DNA of 64,000 nucleotides from an uncultured Bacilli bacterium (GTDB lineage Bacteria; Bacillota_I; Bacilli_A; RF39; UBA660): NCBI GenBank assembly GCA_910583745.1, contig CAJTZC010000008.1, positions 5,785 to 69,784 of the forward strand, read 5' to 3'. Shown piece by piece: positions 1 to 8,806 of this stretch (position 1 is its first letter; each line of letters starts with the position of its first letter). The notes under the pieces were generated by a model. It saw only the letters and a program-made list of their open reading frames with translations, ran no database searches and was not told where the DNA came from. The position numbers and the translations under genes were made by a program.

Positions 1-546
1 CGTCGCATTTGCTGGGTCGATGACGACTTTCAAGCGTCTTTCTAGTTGAATGTCTCGAGTCAGTCTCTTTAAATAAGCTTCTCGGACATCGACGTGTTGA
101 AGAGACCCCGTTCCCACAGCAAACTCTCCATGAACGGCTATATCATACAGTTCTTTGACTTTTTCACCACAGATGTTGTCGTAGTTTTCGACGGCGATTT
201 TGAAACCGTTGTCGTTGACAGGGTTATGGCTCGCTGTGACCATCACACCACAATCGATTTGCAAATGAAGACAAGCAAAATAGTACATAGGCGTCGTGAC
301 GAGACCTAAAAATTTGACATCGACTCCCGTAGACAGTATCCCCTCCAAAAGGGCATTGGTGAGTTCTTCTCCGCTGAGCCTATTATCGTGACCGACGACG
401 CACTCCTTCTTGCCGAGGCTTCGAATCTTCGTACCGAACGCCAGTCCGACAGTATAAGCCGTATCGCTATCTATCTGCGTCTTGTATTCCCCTCTTATAT
501 CGTATTCTCTAAAGATAGTTTTATTTAAATCTTTTTTTACATTCAT
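1..546 (-). CDS. Phosphomannomutase/phosphoglucomutase family protein (N-terminal 182 codons; gene continues beyond the window start)
   Basis: Hand translation from ATG at 546-544: MNVKKDLNKTIFREYDIRGEY...CGVMVTASHNPVNDNGFKI. FREYDIRG and the TASHNP catalytic-Ser loop are alpha-D-phosphohexomutase hallmarks. Absent from the ORF track because there is no stop in the window. Confidence 0.85.
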   Translation of the reverse strand, partial: MNVKKDLNKTIFREYDIRGEYKTQIDSDTAYTVGLAFGTKIRSLGKKECVVGHDNRLSGEELTNALLEGILSTGVDVKFLGLVTTPMYYFACLHLQIDCGVMVTASHNPVNDNGFKIAVENYDNICGEKVKELYDIAVHGEFAVGTGSLQHVDVREAYLKRLTRDIQLERRLKVVIDPANAT

Positions 547-547
547 C

Positions 548-1063
548 TTAATTCAAAATTCCTTTCAAAATTCCATAGGAGAAAATCATCATGATAACTC
601 CTGCAATTAAAACACCTAAAAGTGCCGAGATAAAGCTCTTCTTTTTATCGAGTCCTAAAAGCACCGCGAGAAGACATCCCGTCCATGCTCCCGTACCTGG
701 AAGAGGTACACCGACGAACATGGTCACACCCAAATAGCCGTATTTCTCTATACCTTCTTTTTTAGAGAGGGCTTTGTTTTTCCACCAATTGATAATTTTT
801 TTAAAGAAATTTATTTTCGATAGAAAGTCCAAAATCTTCTCCATTAAAAACAGAACGAAGGGTATGATTAAAATGTTCGCGACTAGACAAACGAGAAACG
901 ACTGCCAAGGCGGCATATCCAAGAGGCTTGCAGCAATCAATCCTCCCCTCAACTCCAATATAGGCATGAGCGATATGACGAAGATGAGGATGTATTTACC
1001 CATCATTGAGCCAGTGATGCCACCCGCAATTCCTAAAATAGTCTTGACAATTTTGTCTGCCAT
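548..1063 (-). CDS. Small multidrug-export-like integral membrane protein (COG2426-type)
   Basis: 171-aa ORF with 4-5 hydrophobic helices. PILELRGGLIAA and GVPLPGTGAWTG motifs are typical of the putative small multidrug export family. Follows the upstream gene with a 1-nt gap. Confidence 0.6.
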   Translation of the reverse strand: MADKIVKTILGIAGGITGSMMGKYILIFVISLMPILELRGGLIAASLLDMPPWQSFLVCLVANILIIPFVLFLMEKILDFLSKINFFKKIINWWKNKALSKKEGIEKYGYLGVTMFVGVPLPGTGAWTGCLLAVLLGLDKKKSFISALLGVLIAGVIMMIFSYGILKGILN

Positions 1064-1141
1064 TTTTATCTTCCTCCTAACGATATTCTACTTTCTTTAC
1101 TTATTAAATATTATCACGTCTTTAGAACTCTTGTCAACGAT

Positions 1142-1170
1142 TTGACATTGTACAAAAAATATGATATATT
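1142..1170 (+). promoter_or_regulatory. Sigma-A-like promoter (TTGACA-17 nt-TATATT) driving a short terminated transcript upstream of the ToxN-like pseudogene
   Basis: TTGACA at 1142-1147, 17-nt spacer, TATATT at 1165-1170. The transcript would end at the hairpin plus T9 at 1261-1285. Confidence 0.45.
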
Positions 1171-1260
1171 TATATTGCATTTCAAAAAATGCTACGAATA
1201 AATGTAAGTCGCTTCCGGATGGTGCGAGATATAAGTGATTCCGGTCGTAAATTGTTAAGA

Positions 1261-1285
1261 GCTCCAGATATTGGAGTTTTTTTTT
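1261..1285 (+). terminator. Rho-independent terminator (GCTCCA-gatat-TGGAGT followed by a T-run)
   Basis: Stem 1261-1266/1272-1277 followed by a T-run through 1285. Confidence 0.6.
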
Positions 1286-1320
1286 GATTATGTTATACTA
1301 TTAAACATTGGAGTGATAGA

Positions 1321-1797
1321 ATGTAAATTGAAACAGGATACCTATATCATATTAAAGATGAATTTTTTAAAAAGTGAACGATAAAGGAATTATGATTAAC
1401 CATGAAAGGGGCCATTCTAGACCATCATATCTCGCTATTAAAGACGGAAAAATATTATGGTTTATTCCGCTTAGCACAAAGGTTTCTAAATACCAAAAAA
1501 TAATAGATAATAAAAAAAAGAAATATGGCGCATGTAAAACTATATTAATTAAAAAAATTGCAGGTACTGAACAAGCTATTTTGATTCAAAATGCTTTTCC
1601 CACTTTGGATAAATATATAAAAAACATTCATACTATAAACGGCATTGAAATTAAAGTGCTCCTAAAATTTTTAAAGAGATAGTATTAGCCTTAAAATATG
1701 TTATTTTTTAAAAAAACGCAAAAGCATCGACTTGTTTTTTACAGATACAGATAGAATAATGGAGATTATAAATCAAGAATTAAATGTAAATGTTTAA
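1321..1797 (+). pseudogene. Decayed ToxN/AbiQ-like (type III toxin-antitoxin endoribonuclease-like) gene
   Basis: ATG 1321 follows RBS GGAGTGA, but codon 2 is TAA. The frame then reads IETGYLYHIKDEFFKK and is broken at the T6A5 run (1363-1373). It continues in the 1374..1682 ORF: VNDKGIMINHERGHSRPSYLAIKDGKILWFIPLSTKVSKYQKI...AILIQNAFPTLDKYI. A third fragment returns to the first frame (1675-1797). The N-terminal YxIxDEF and RPxx-hydrophobic-...-(F/W)xxPL(S/T) patterns resemble ToxN/AbiQ from memory. Confidence 0.45.
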
Positions 1798-1824
1798 AAG
1801 CCCAGCAATACCGCTGGGCTTTTT
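1797..1824. terminator. Bidirectional rho-independent terminator
   Basis: AAAA-GCCCAGC-aatacc-GCTGGGC-TTTTT, located between the pseudogene end and the glyQS stop. Confidence 0.8.
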
Positions 1825-1825
1825 G

Positions 1826-3205
1826 TTATAACTTTATTCTTTCATTGATATAGTTTTTCAATTCGACGATTGGAAGTTTAATCTGCTCCATCGTGTCTCT
1901 ATCTCTCAAAGTCACAGTACCTTCGTTCAATGTTTCGTCGTCGATAGTAATCGCATACGGTGTACCGATGGCGTCGCTTCTTCTGTAACGTTTACCGATA
2001 CTTCCCGTTTCGTCGTATGCGACAGGGAATTCGCTACATAACATCGAATAGATTTCCTTCGCTTTATCGCTATGAACCTTTTTGATTAAAGGCAATATGC
2101 TCAACTTATAAGGAGCTAAGGCAGGAAGCAAGTGTAGAACTTCTCTCTCGTCGCCACCTTCTAATATCTCTTTGTCATAAGCGTCGCACAATATAGCGAG
2201 GAACAATCTGTCCAAGCCGACAGATGGCTCGATGACGTAAGGCAAATATTTTTCGTTCGTCTCTGGGTCCAAATACCGCAAATCCTCTTTTGCATGTTCC
2301 ATATGGACACCCAAATCGTAATCGGTTCTATCGGCAATACCCCAAAGCTCTCCCCAACCCATAGGATATTTGTATTCGATGTCGGTCGTCGCTTTGCTGT
2401 AGAAAGACAATTCCTCTTTCTTGTGGTCTCTATAACGGAGATTGTCCTTTTTGAGACCCAAAGTTTTCAAGAAATCCAGGCAAGTATTTTTATAGAATCC
2501 GAACCATTCCAAATCTGTATTCGGTTTGCAGAAAAATTCGAGTTCCATCTGCTCAAATTCTCTCACTCTGAAGATAAAGTTACCTGGAGTGATTTCGTTT
2601 CGGAAAGATTTACCGATTTGTCCTATTCCAAATGGAACTTTCATTCTCAAGGCTCTCTGCACATTGTTGAAGTTTACAAATATTCCTTGAGCCGTCTCAC
2701 CACGAAGATAAACGGTGCTCTTACTGTCTTCTGTTACGCCGATGTGTGTCTCGAAGAGCAAGTTGAACTTTCTTATCGGTGTGAAATCTGTAGAGCCACA
2801 CTTCGGACATTCGATGCCGTTTTCTTCGATATAGTTTTCGAGTTCTTCGTTGCTCCATCCATCACCTGTCTCCTCGCCTTTAGAAAATTCTTCGACGAGT
2901 TTGTCGGCGCGGTGACGAGCTTTACATTTTTTACAGTCGACAAGTGGGTCGGCAAAATTGGCGACGTGTCCACTTGCCACCCATACTTCAGGGTTCATCA
3001 AAATGGCAGAGTCCAAGCCGACATTGTAGATGTTTTCTTGGATAAACTTTTGCCACCAAGCTCTCTTTATGTTTTCCTTTAGCTCTCTACCCAAAGGACC
3101 GTAATCCCACGAATTCGATAATCCGCCATATATTTCACTTCCTTGAAATATATATCCGTACTGTTTCGTGTACGATACGATGTGTTCCATTTTTAAATCC
3201 TTCAT
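1826..3205 (-). CDS. glyQS: Glycine--tRNA ligase (homodimeric GlyQS type)
   Basis: 459 aa. The N-terminus [34 protein letters not shown] and the class II core [25 protein letters not shown] match GlyQS. Confidence 0.95.
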   Translation of the reverse strand: MKDLKMEHIVSYTKQYGYIFQGSEIYGGLSNSWDYGPLGRELKENIKRAWWQKFIQENIYNVGLDSAILMNPEVWVASGHVANFADPLVDCKKCKARHRADKLVEEFSKGEETGDGWSNEELENYIEENGIECPKCGSTDFTPIRKFNLLFETHIGVTEDSKSTVYLRGETAQGIFVNFNNVQRALRMKVPFGIGQIGKSFRNEITPGNFIFRVREFEQMELEFFCKPNTDLEWFGFYKNTCLDFLKTLGLKKDNLRYRDHKKEELSFYSKATTDIEYKYPMGWGELWGIADRTDYDLGVHMEHAKEDLRYLDPETNEKYLPYVIEPSVGLDRLFLAILCDAYDKEILEGGDEREVLHLLPALAPYKLSILPLIKKVHSDKAKEIYSMLCSEFPVAYDETGSIGKRYRRSDAIGTPYAITIDDETLNEGTVTLRDRDTMEQIKLPIVELKNYINERIKL

Positions 3206-3213
3206 AAATCCTC

Positions 3214-4848
3214 CTAAATTTCTTGAATGACTGCAATAATCATCGGCTTCGATTCTGTCTCACTGTAGAAGTACTTTCCTAAGTGCTCCCTTATCTCTTG
3301 TTTGATGTTGTTGTAGTCGACATAATCGTCAGTCGTGTTCTTCTCAATTATATTCTCGCTTATCTTTTTTATTTCACTTATCATCTCACTCGAGTCTTTG
3401 ACATAGATGAATCCACGCGTCGTGACTTCAGGTCCAACGACGATTTTTTTGGTCTTCTTAGAAAGGCTCGCACTCACGAGGACGATACCATTCTCTCCGA
3501 GAACTTCTCTATCTTTGAGAACCAATTCTCCTACGTCTTCGCCGATTGAACCATCGATGAATGTCTCTCCTATTTTTATCATCTCGCTTTTTTTAGAGAG
3601 GACACCATTTTCAAAAGTGACGACTTCACCATTTTGTTTCAAGATAATGTTCTCTGGAGGGATACCTAATTCAGAAGCCAAATTCGCATTTCCGACCATG
3701 TATCTGTACTCTCCTTCGACAGGCATACAATATTTTGGTTTCAATAAATCGATCATCATCATCAAATCTTCAGTACTCGCGTGATGCAGAATCGTCTTAT
3801 CTTTAGGAAGCGTGTACGATTCTATATTCATGAGAGCCAATTCGTTTTGTAAGTCGACGAGTCGCTTTTCTGTCGCATCGTATACAGGCTCTGCGAAAAG
3901 TATCGTATCGTTCTCTTTTAGAGTGATAAACTTGTCATATCCGTCGATAATTTTACGAATATTGTGGTATTGATTCCTCTCATCATCGCTGATTAAGATA
4001 ATACTCTTCGTATCGTGTAAATTTTCAAGAGAGCCTATCGTATTGGCAGGTACTTTCAAATATCCATTGTGGATAGCCATATTGATGAGATTCTGCAACT
4101 TGTGTCCCATGATGACGACTTTTCTGTGTGAATTGTTGAGCGAATCGAATATCTCTTGCAGCGTATAGAGGTGTTCTGTAAAGGCTGTTATCAGCACTCT
4201 TCCCGCCGATCTGTTGATGATATCTCTAAAATATCCCGCAAATTTATGATGGGGGCTCGTATGCCCTACTCTTTCTGAAAAAGGGGATTCACTCATGAGA
4301 CAGAGGACGCCCAATTTACCGACATAGGCGATTTTTCCTAAATCCATGCTGTAACTTCCCGTCATAGAAGGGTCAATGAGGAAGTTCCCCGTGTAAACGA
4401 TGGCTCCATCCTTCGTATTGACGACATACATGACAGAATCTGGGACCGAATGGTTGATATTAATCGGGAATATGCTCACTGGTCCGAAATTTATCTTGTG
4501 ATGTGCCGAAATCTCTACGATTTTCTTCGTATCCAATCCTTCAAGTTTTAAGTACTCAATCGTATACTTCGTCGCGAATACCTTCAAATTCGGCAAAATT
4601 TTCAACATGTCGAAAATTCCCCCTGCATTTTCTGGATGCGAGTGTGTCAAAAACAATCCTTTGATTCGTTTCTTATTCTTAACGAGATAGTCATAATCTG
4701 GAACCGTATAATCGACTCCATACATCTCGTCCGTCGCGTATTTGAGACCGGCGTCGAAGATAAATATCGCTCCGTCGACCTCTACTACATAGGTATTTTT
4801 CCCGTTTTCATTGAGTCCACCCAATGCCATTATTTTAATTTTACTCAT
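3214..4848 (-). CDS. rnj: Ribonuclease J family protein with a non-canonical metal-binding motif
   Basis: [24 protein letters not shown] matches the RNase J N-terminus, and the length is right for the beta-lactamase/beta-CASP/C-terminal architecture. Start moved to ATG 4848 (RBS AAAGGAA); the ORF track extends to 4872. Motif 2 reads [10 protein letters not shown] instead of HxHxDH. Confidence 0.85.
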   Translation of the reverse strand: MSKIKIMALGGLNENGKNTYVVEVDGAIFIFDAGLKYATDEMYGVDYTVPDYDYLVKNKKRIKGLFLTHSHPENAGGIFDMLKILPNLKVFATKYTIEYLKLEGLDTKKIVEISAHHKINFGPVSIFPININHSVPDSVMYVVNTKDGAIVYTGNFLIDPSMTGSYSMDLGKIAYVGKLGVLCLMSESPFSERVGHTSPHHKFAGYFRDIINRSAGRVLITAFTEHLYTLQEIFDSLNNSHRKVVIMGHKLQNLINMAIHNGYLKVPANTIGSLENLHDTKSIILISDDERNQYHNIRKIIDGYDKFITLKENDTILFAEPVYDATEKRLVDLQNELALMNIESYTLPKDKTILHHASTEDLMMMIDLLKPKYCMPVEGEYRYMVGNANLASELGIPPENIILKQNGEVVTFENGVLSKKSEMIKIGETFIDGSIGEDVGELVLKDREVLGENGIVLVSASLSKKTKKIVVGPEVTTRGFIYVKDSSEMISEIKKISENIIEKNTTDDYVDYNNIKQEIREHLGKYFYSETESKPMIIAVIQEI

Positions 4849-4992
4849 ATATAAAATCATTCCTTTCTTCATTTAAAAATTTATATAAAGTTAAATCGAT
4901 AAGTCGATTATATCAAAATATTTATATAAAAGCAAACTTTTACCCCTCTATCTCGATGTACAAAGTAAAATTTAACACGAAAAGAACGCATT

Positions 4993-5019
4993 AAAAAAGT
5001 AAAGATTTGCTCTTTACTT
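4993..5019 (-). terminator. Rho-independent terminator of the lipoprotein gene
   Basis: On the minus strand: AAGTAAAGA-gcaaa-TCTTTACTT followed by a U-run. The hairpin overlaps the stop codon at 5014-5016. Confidence 0.6.
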
Positions 5020-6129
5020 TAATCGATGAACCGGTGCAGTGTCGTCCGAAACTAATTTTTCTGATGAAGTCGGATAGAATACGTCTGCAGCGTAATTCTC
5101 GATGTGCCCATCCGTATAATTGATTTGCACTGTATCTGTGGAAGAAGATATCGTGTCGAATTGTACAGCTAAAACTTTAGTAAAATCGTTCGCATCGACA
5201 CAATAAGGGATTCCATTTTTATAAAAAGTAAATACTTTTCCTGAATATTTACCAGGTTCGTCGTTTCCATTATTTTCTGCAGCATAACCTGAAACCTGTT
5301 TTGCTTGGCGTTCAAACCAATTTCTAACGACGTTTCGCGAAGCATTTTTTTCAGATGTATTATTATAAGCATAGTCTGTAAAATCGATTGGGTCGACGGC
5401 GTATAAAAGCGTTTCAAACGTATTTAAGTCCGCGAGGTAAAAGCGTCCTAAAGCATCATAATATGGTAATACATATCCGGGATACTTTCCGTCCACTCCT
5501 AAACCGCCATTCTGAGGGTCACGGTATTTTAAATAAAATGGACTTCCTAATTTATCAAAACCAGATAAATAGACCTTATCATAATCAGAACTATCGACTA
5601 GAAAATTAATGCCATCTTTCGTAATGATTTTATAAGAACCTTCTATATCGAGAGAATAATATCCATAGATATCTGGTAAAGATGAATATGAAAACATATA
5701 ACCTTGAGAAACATGTAAATCTTGTACTTCCGAAGTAAACTGAAAAGCCGAACTGATACTATCGACGCTTAATTTACCGTCTTTGTAGAATAGAGAAATG
5801 GGATATTCTGTGTCGATATCACGATTCACTGTACTTGGCATTTGCATTCTATCTACAATTGTTTGTAATTTCTCATTTTCTTTTTCAAAAGAATCCAACT
5901 GAGTTTGAAGTATAGCCTTTTCTTGAGATAAACCCAACGCTTTCGATTTAGAACTCTCTAATGCTTTACTTAAATCTGAATTTTCCTGTTCCAGTTGCTC
6001 AAGTTTACGTTGTAAATCTTCTATTTCTTGTTCTTGAGCCGAGTTATGACATCCCGTCACTCCAAAAACCGTCAAGGCAGCACCCCAGATAGGGATCACC
6101 TTGTTAAATAATAATTTTTTAAAATTCAT
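5014..6129 (-). CDS. Hypothetical lipoprotein with an N-terminal coiled coil
   Basis: Signal peptide plus lipobox (LTVFGVTGC), then a heptad-rich segment EQEIEDLQRKLEQLEQENSDLSKALE...; the remainder has no motif I recognise. Confidence 0.6.
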   Translation of the reverse strand: MNFKKLLFNKVIPIWGAALTVFGVTGCHNSAQEQEIEDLQRKLEQLEQENSDLSKALESSKSKALGLSQEKAILQTQLDSFEKENEKLQTIVDRMQMPSTVNRDIDTEYPISLFYKDGKLSVDSISSAFQFTSEVQDLHVSQGYMFSYSSLPDIYGYYSLDIEGSYKIITKDGINFLVDSSDYDKVYLSGFDKLGSPFYLKYRDPQNGGLGVDGKYPGYVLPYYDALGRFYLADLNTFETLLYAVDPIDFTDYAYNNTSEKNASRNVVRNWFERQAKQVSGYAAENNGNDEPGKYSGKVFTFYKNGIPYCVDANDFTKVLAVQFDTISSSTDTVQINYTDGHIENYAADVFYPTSSEKLVSDDTAPVHRLK

Positions 6130-6188
6130 AAAAAATCCCCCTCTTTTTAATTAGGAGATATGTTACCAAAAATTTTTATATTAGTCAA

Positions 6189-6236
6189 GAAAAACTTCAA
6201 TAGAATGTGCTTGAAAAACTTCAATAGAATGTGCTT
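6189..6236. repeat. Perfect 24-bp tandem direct repeat x2 (gaaaaacttcaatagaatgtgctt)
   Basis: Copies at 6189-6212 and 6213-6236 are identical. On the minus strand they directly abut the -35 of a TTGACT-17-TAACAT promoter for the 5014..6129 gene. Confidence 0.9.
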
Positions 6237-6276
6237 GAGAAAGAGTTAATTGGATTCGGAAACATAAAAAAAGGAA

Positions 6277-7059
6277 CTATCTGTTTCCTTTTTCGTCGAT
6301 GAGTTTAGATATATGAACGATATCTAAATCTTTATAATCTATTTCTTTCAAAATAAATTTTACATTTTCTTTTGTTACACCTGAAGCGATGAGGATGATA
6401 GCTCCAGGTCGCACACTGTTTTTCACATCTATCAAATTCGTATTTGTAAACGTAACCGAAGGACTCAATAAATAATAGGATTGTTTTTCACATAATTCTA
6501 TATTGCTCTCTTCTTTTAAGCAGAGTTTGGAAATGTTCTTCAGTTTCGCGTGCATTTCGGAGAAGTCGCTTTTCGTCGCTGCTCCGTTTATGATTTCTAC
6601 ATTCGTCGAGACCGAGCTATAGTTCTTCAGAACTTTATTATATTCTATTTTGGATTCGTCAAAAAACTTCTCAATCTCTTCGTTTTCGACGACGATAAAA
6701 CTTATCTGTCTATTTTTAGGATTACCCGAAGTGATAAATTTATCTTTGTTGTCCTCGAGCGAATTTTTAGGTTTAATATAATCAAAAACTAAGAAATTTT
6801 CATTAAATGAGCCGAAGTCGTGCATCGAAAGATAACTCTCTTCGCTGTTGACGATTCTACCAAATCGTCCTGGGACAATCGTGTTGTCTTTGATGTCGAT
6901 TACCGCGTCTTCTGCTTCGAGTTCATAGGTCGAGCTGACTGCCTTAATCTCTTGCATCAAATCGCTCTTATTGGCCACCATCAAACTCACTTTATCAGTG
7001 AAATAAAAACTGAAGACGACTAAAGCGAACCCGCCTAGCCATTCAAATATTTTGCGCAT
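6277..7059 (-). CDS. Membrane-anchored hypothetical protein, possibly a divergent polysaccharide-deacetylase-like (PdaB/YlxY-like) protein
   Basis: ATG 7059 has RBS AGGTGA; the track start at 7095 is TTG. One N-terminal TM helix. DAVIDIKDNTIVPGRFGRIVNSEESY resembles the N-terminal region of sporulation deacetylase-like proteins. The functional assignment is weak. Confidence 0.35.
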   Translation of the reverse strand: MRKIFEWLGGFALVVFSFYFTDKVSLMVANKSDLMQEIKAVSSTYELEAEDAVIDIKDNTIVPGRFGRIVNSEESYLSMHDFGSFNENFLVFDYIKPKNSLEDNKDKFITSGNPKNRQISFIVVENEEIEKFFDESKIEYNKVLKNYSSVSTNVEIINGAATKSDFSEMHAKLKNISKLCLKEESNIELCEKQSYYLLSPSVTFTNTNLIDVKNSVRPGAIILIASGVTKENVKFILKEIDYKDLDIVHISKLIDEKGNR

Positions 7060-7110
7060 TTTTTCATCACCTATTAAAGGATATGAATTCTCCAAATTTT
7101 TATTCTAAGT

Positions 7111-7464
7111 TTACATCTCTTCTTCGTCTTCGTCCATAATGGCGTCTCTGTGCTGTGACTGTACAAAGGCAACCTGCTCGGCGACGATTTCATAAGCATA
7201 GACTTTTTTATCGTCTTTGTCGGTATAGTTGTTGTTTTGAATTCTCGCTTTGACAGAGACGACGTCACCTTTTCTGCAGTATTCACATACTCTTTCGGCG
7301 ATGATATTCCACACTGTACACGTGATGAAGTCCGATTCGTATATGCCGTCGCAATTTTTATACTGTCTTTTGACTGCCACGGTGATATAGCAGCAACTCT
7401 TATTCTCGAGCTTTCTAATCTCAGGGTCTTTCGTAAGACGACCGACTAAAATCAACTGGTTCAT
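7111..7464 (-). CDS. Single-stranded DNA-binding protein, short SsbB-like form (no Gly-rich linker or canonical C-terminal tip)
   Basis: MNQLILVGRLTKDPEIR...DFITCTVWNIIAERVCEYCRKGDVVSVKARIQ is an OB-fold SSB pattern. RBS GGAGGAA precedes ATG 7464. 117 aa ending DEDEEEM. Not adjacent to rpsF/rpsR. Confidence 0.85.
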   Translation of the reverse strand: MNQLILVGRLTKDPEIRKLENKSCCYITVAVKRQYKNCDGIYESDFITCTVWNIIAERVCEYCRKGDVVSVKARIQNNNYTDKDDKKVYAYEIVAEQVAFVQSQHRDAIMDEDEEEM

Positions 7465-7531
7465 AGTTGGCTTCCTCCTTTCTGGGGAAACTATATCAAA
7501 AATGAGAACCCAAAAGCAAACCGCAAAAAAA

Positions 7532-7627
7532 GCATTTTTGTACTTCAAAAATGCTCATTTCTCACTGAGATTTGCCGTTTTTGCACGAATTTTTGACTAA
7601 AATTTCATTTTTGTACTACAAAAACGC
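7532..7627. repeat. Palindrome-rich intergenic repeat, copy A (inverted relative to copy B at 14666..14770)
   Basis: Contains CATTTTTG-tactt-CAAAAATG, TTTTTGCACGAATTTTTG and TTTTTGTA-c-TACAAAAA. Its reverse complement aligns colinearly with 14666-14770; in the core block gtgcaaaaa..gcaaatctc...aaatga.catttttg about 34 of 41 positions match by hand alignment. Confidence 0.75.
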
Positions 7628-7637
7628 ATTTTTCGTA

Positions 7638-8159
7638 TCAAATACCAAAAATTAAATACACCACGATAAAACTCATCACGATGCCGACGAAATCTGCAAA
7701 TAGTCCCGCTTTTAAAGCATAGCGTATCTTCTTGATGCCGACACTGCCAAAGTAGAGAGTGATGACATAGAAGGTCGTATCGGTACTTCCTTGCAGAGTA
7801 CTTGCAAACCTTCCGACGAAGGAATCGGTGCCAAAGTTTTGAAAGATATCGGTCATAATCACTTGGCTTGCCGAACCGCTTATCGGACGAAGCAAAGCCA
7901 TCGGGAAGATACTCACGGGAATGTTAGGACCCAACGCCTCTGCGACGAAGCCGAAGAGCGCATCGAGGATGCCGCTGTGTAAGAAAATATTGACGGCGAA
8001 CACCATCGCGACCGTAAAAGGAAAGATGCTGATAGCACTATCTATCCCGTCTTTCGCTCCTTTTATAAAAGAAGAGTAGATGTCTACCCGTTTGGCCATA
8101 CCGTAGAGAATAATTCCTATAATCATCAAGGGAATCAAGAGTAACGAAAACGTCGTCAT
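7638..8159 (-). CDS. spmB: Spore maturation protein B
   Basis: 173-aa nucleoside-recognition-type membrane protein located immediately after spmA. The dacB-spmA-spmB order matches B. subtilis. Confidence 0.8.
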   Translation of the reverse strand: MTTFSLLLIPLMIIGIILYGMAKRVDIYSSFIKGAKDGIDSAISIFPFTVAMVFAVNIFLHSGILDALFGFVAEALGPNIPVSIFPMALLRPISGSASQVIMTDIFQNFGTDSFVGRFASTLQGSTDTTFYVITLYFGSVGIKKIRYALKAGLFADFVGIVMSFIVVYLIFGI

Positions 8160-8196
8160 AGTAGCACCTCACATTTTAACTTTATGAATATAGAGT

Positions 8197-8222
8197 CAAA
8201 AAAAGTCTCAAAATTTGAGACT
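8197..8222 (-). terminator. Hairpin plus U-run between spmA and spmB (terminator or attenuator)
   Basis: Minus strand: AGTCTCAAA-t-TTTGAGACT followed by U7. Overlaps the spmA stop codon. Confidence 0.45.
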
Positions 8223-8806
8223 TATCGGTTTCTATTTTTTTTGCGTATCAAATAGTCGAGGGAGAGGCCTGCTACGGTTGCACATATCGTCGCGATTAAA
8301 GCTGTCGAGATGATTTCGCCAGGGTTTGCACTCCCATACATCGCCCGCAAGCTGATGATAGCCGTAGGAATCAATGTCACACCTGAAGTATTCAAAACTA
8401 GAAATGTAATCATCGCAGGACTGGCCGTGTCTTTTTTGTCGTTGATTTCTTGTAGCTTTTCCATGGCCTTCAATCCAAATGGAGTCGCAGCACTCCCAAG
8501 TCCTACCATGTTGACGATGATGTTCGATGCGATGAGCCCGAGAGACTCGTGTCCTTCAGGGATACTGGGGAAAAGTCTCTTTAGAATGAACGAAAACTTG
8601 TATGCCACCTTCGACAACAGTCCGCTGTCTGAGGCAATCTGCATGAGCCCCATCCAAAGGACGATGACGGGAAACATCGTCGCAAACATCTCCAGACTCT
8701 GCGCGGAACTTTTTAAAACTTCGTCGTTGACGAGAGATAAGTTTCCGCTTATAAAACTGTAGAAAATACCTACTAGTATCAAAAGACCCCATATGATACT
8801 TACCAT
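8222..8806 (-). CDS. spmA: Spore maturation protein A
   Basis: MVSIIWGLLILVGI...GLGSAATPFGLKAMEKLQE...MITFLVLNTSGVTLIPT aligns closely with B. subtilis SpmA as I recall it. Confidence 0.85.
   Translation of the reverse strand: MVSIIWGLLILVGIFYSFISGNLSLVNDEVLKSSAQSLEMFATMFPVIVLWMGLMQIASDSGLLSKVAYKFSFILKRLFPSIPEGHESLGLIASNIIVNMVGLGSAATPFGLKAMEKLQEINDKKDTASPAMITFLVLNTSGVTLIPTAIISLRAMYGSANPGEIISTALIATICATVAGLSLDYLIRKKNRNR

Noticed and set aside
1177-1285. The short terminated transcript as a known riboswitch. CCGGAUGGUGCG…CCGGUCG vaguely recalls the guanidine-III motif, and a small multidrug-export-like gene is adjacent.
   Set aside because: Only a few nucleotides match the consensus I remember. 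The adjacent exporter is on the opposite strand, so the RNA would not be its leader, and I could not build the pseudoknot pairings.
2294-3082. Long plus-strand ORFs lying antisense inside large minus-strand genes, and the reverse case inside smc. Examples: 2294..3082, 8310..8762, 24956..25543, 30890..31495, 58865..59431, 59507..59971, 43310..43669, 45197..45676.
   Set aside because: Each is fully embedded opposite a gene with strong family motifs. Their translations are low-complexity (Ser/Phe/Leu-rich) and lack RBS-linked starts. These are typical shadow ORFs in AT-rich DNA.
1826-4980. An expected T-box leader upstream of glyQS.
   Set aside because: glyQS starts 8 nt after the RNase J gene, and the region upstream of rnj (4849-5013) shows no T-box sequence. 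The only T-box found is the valS one.
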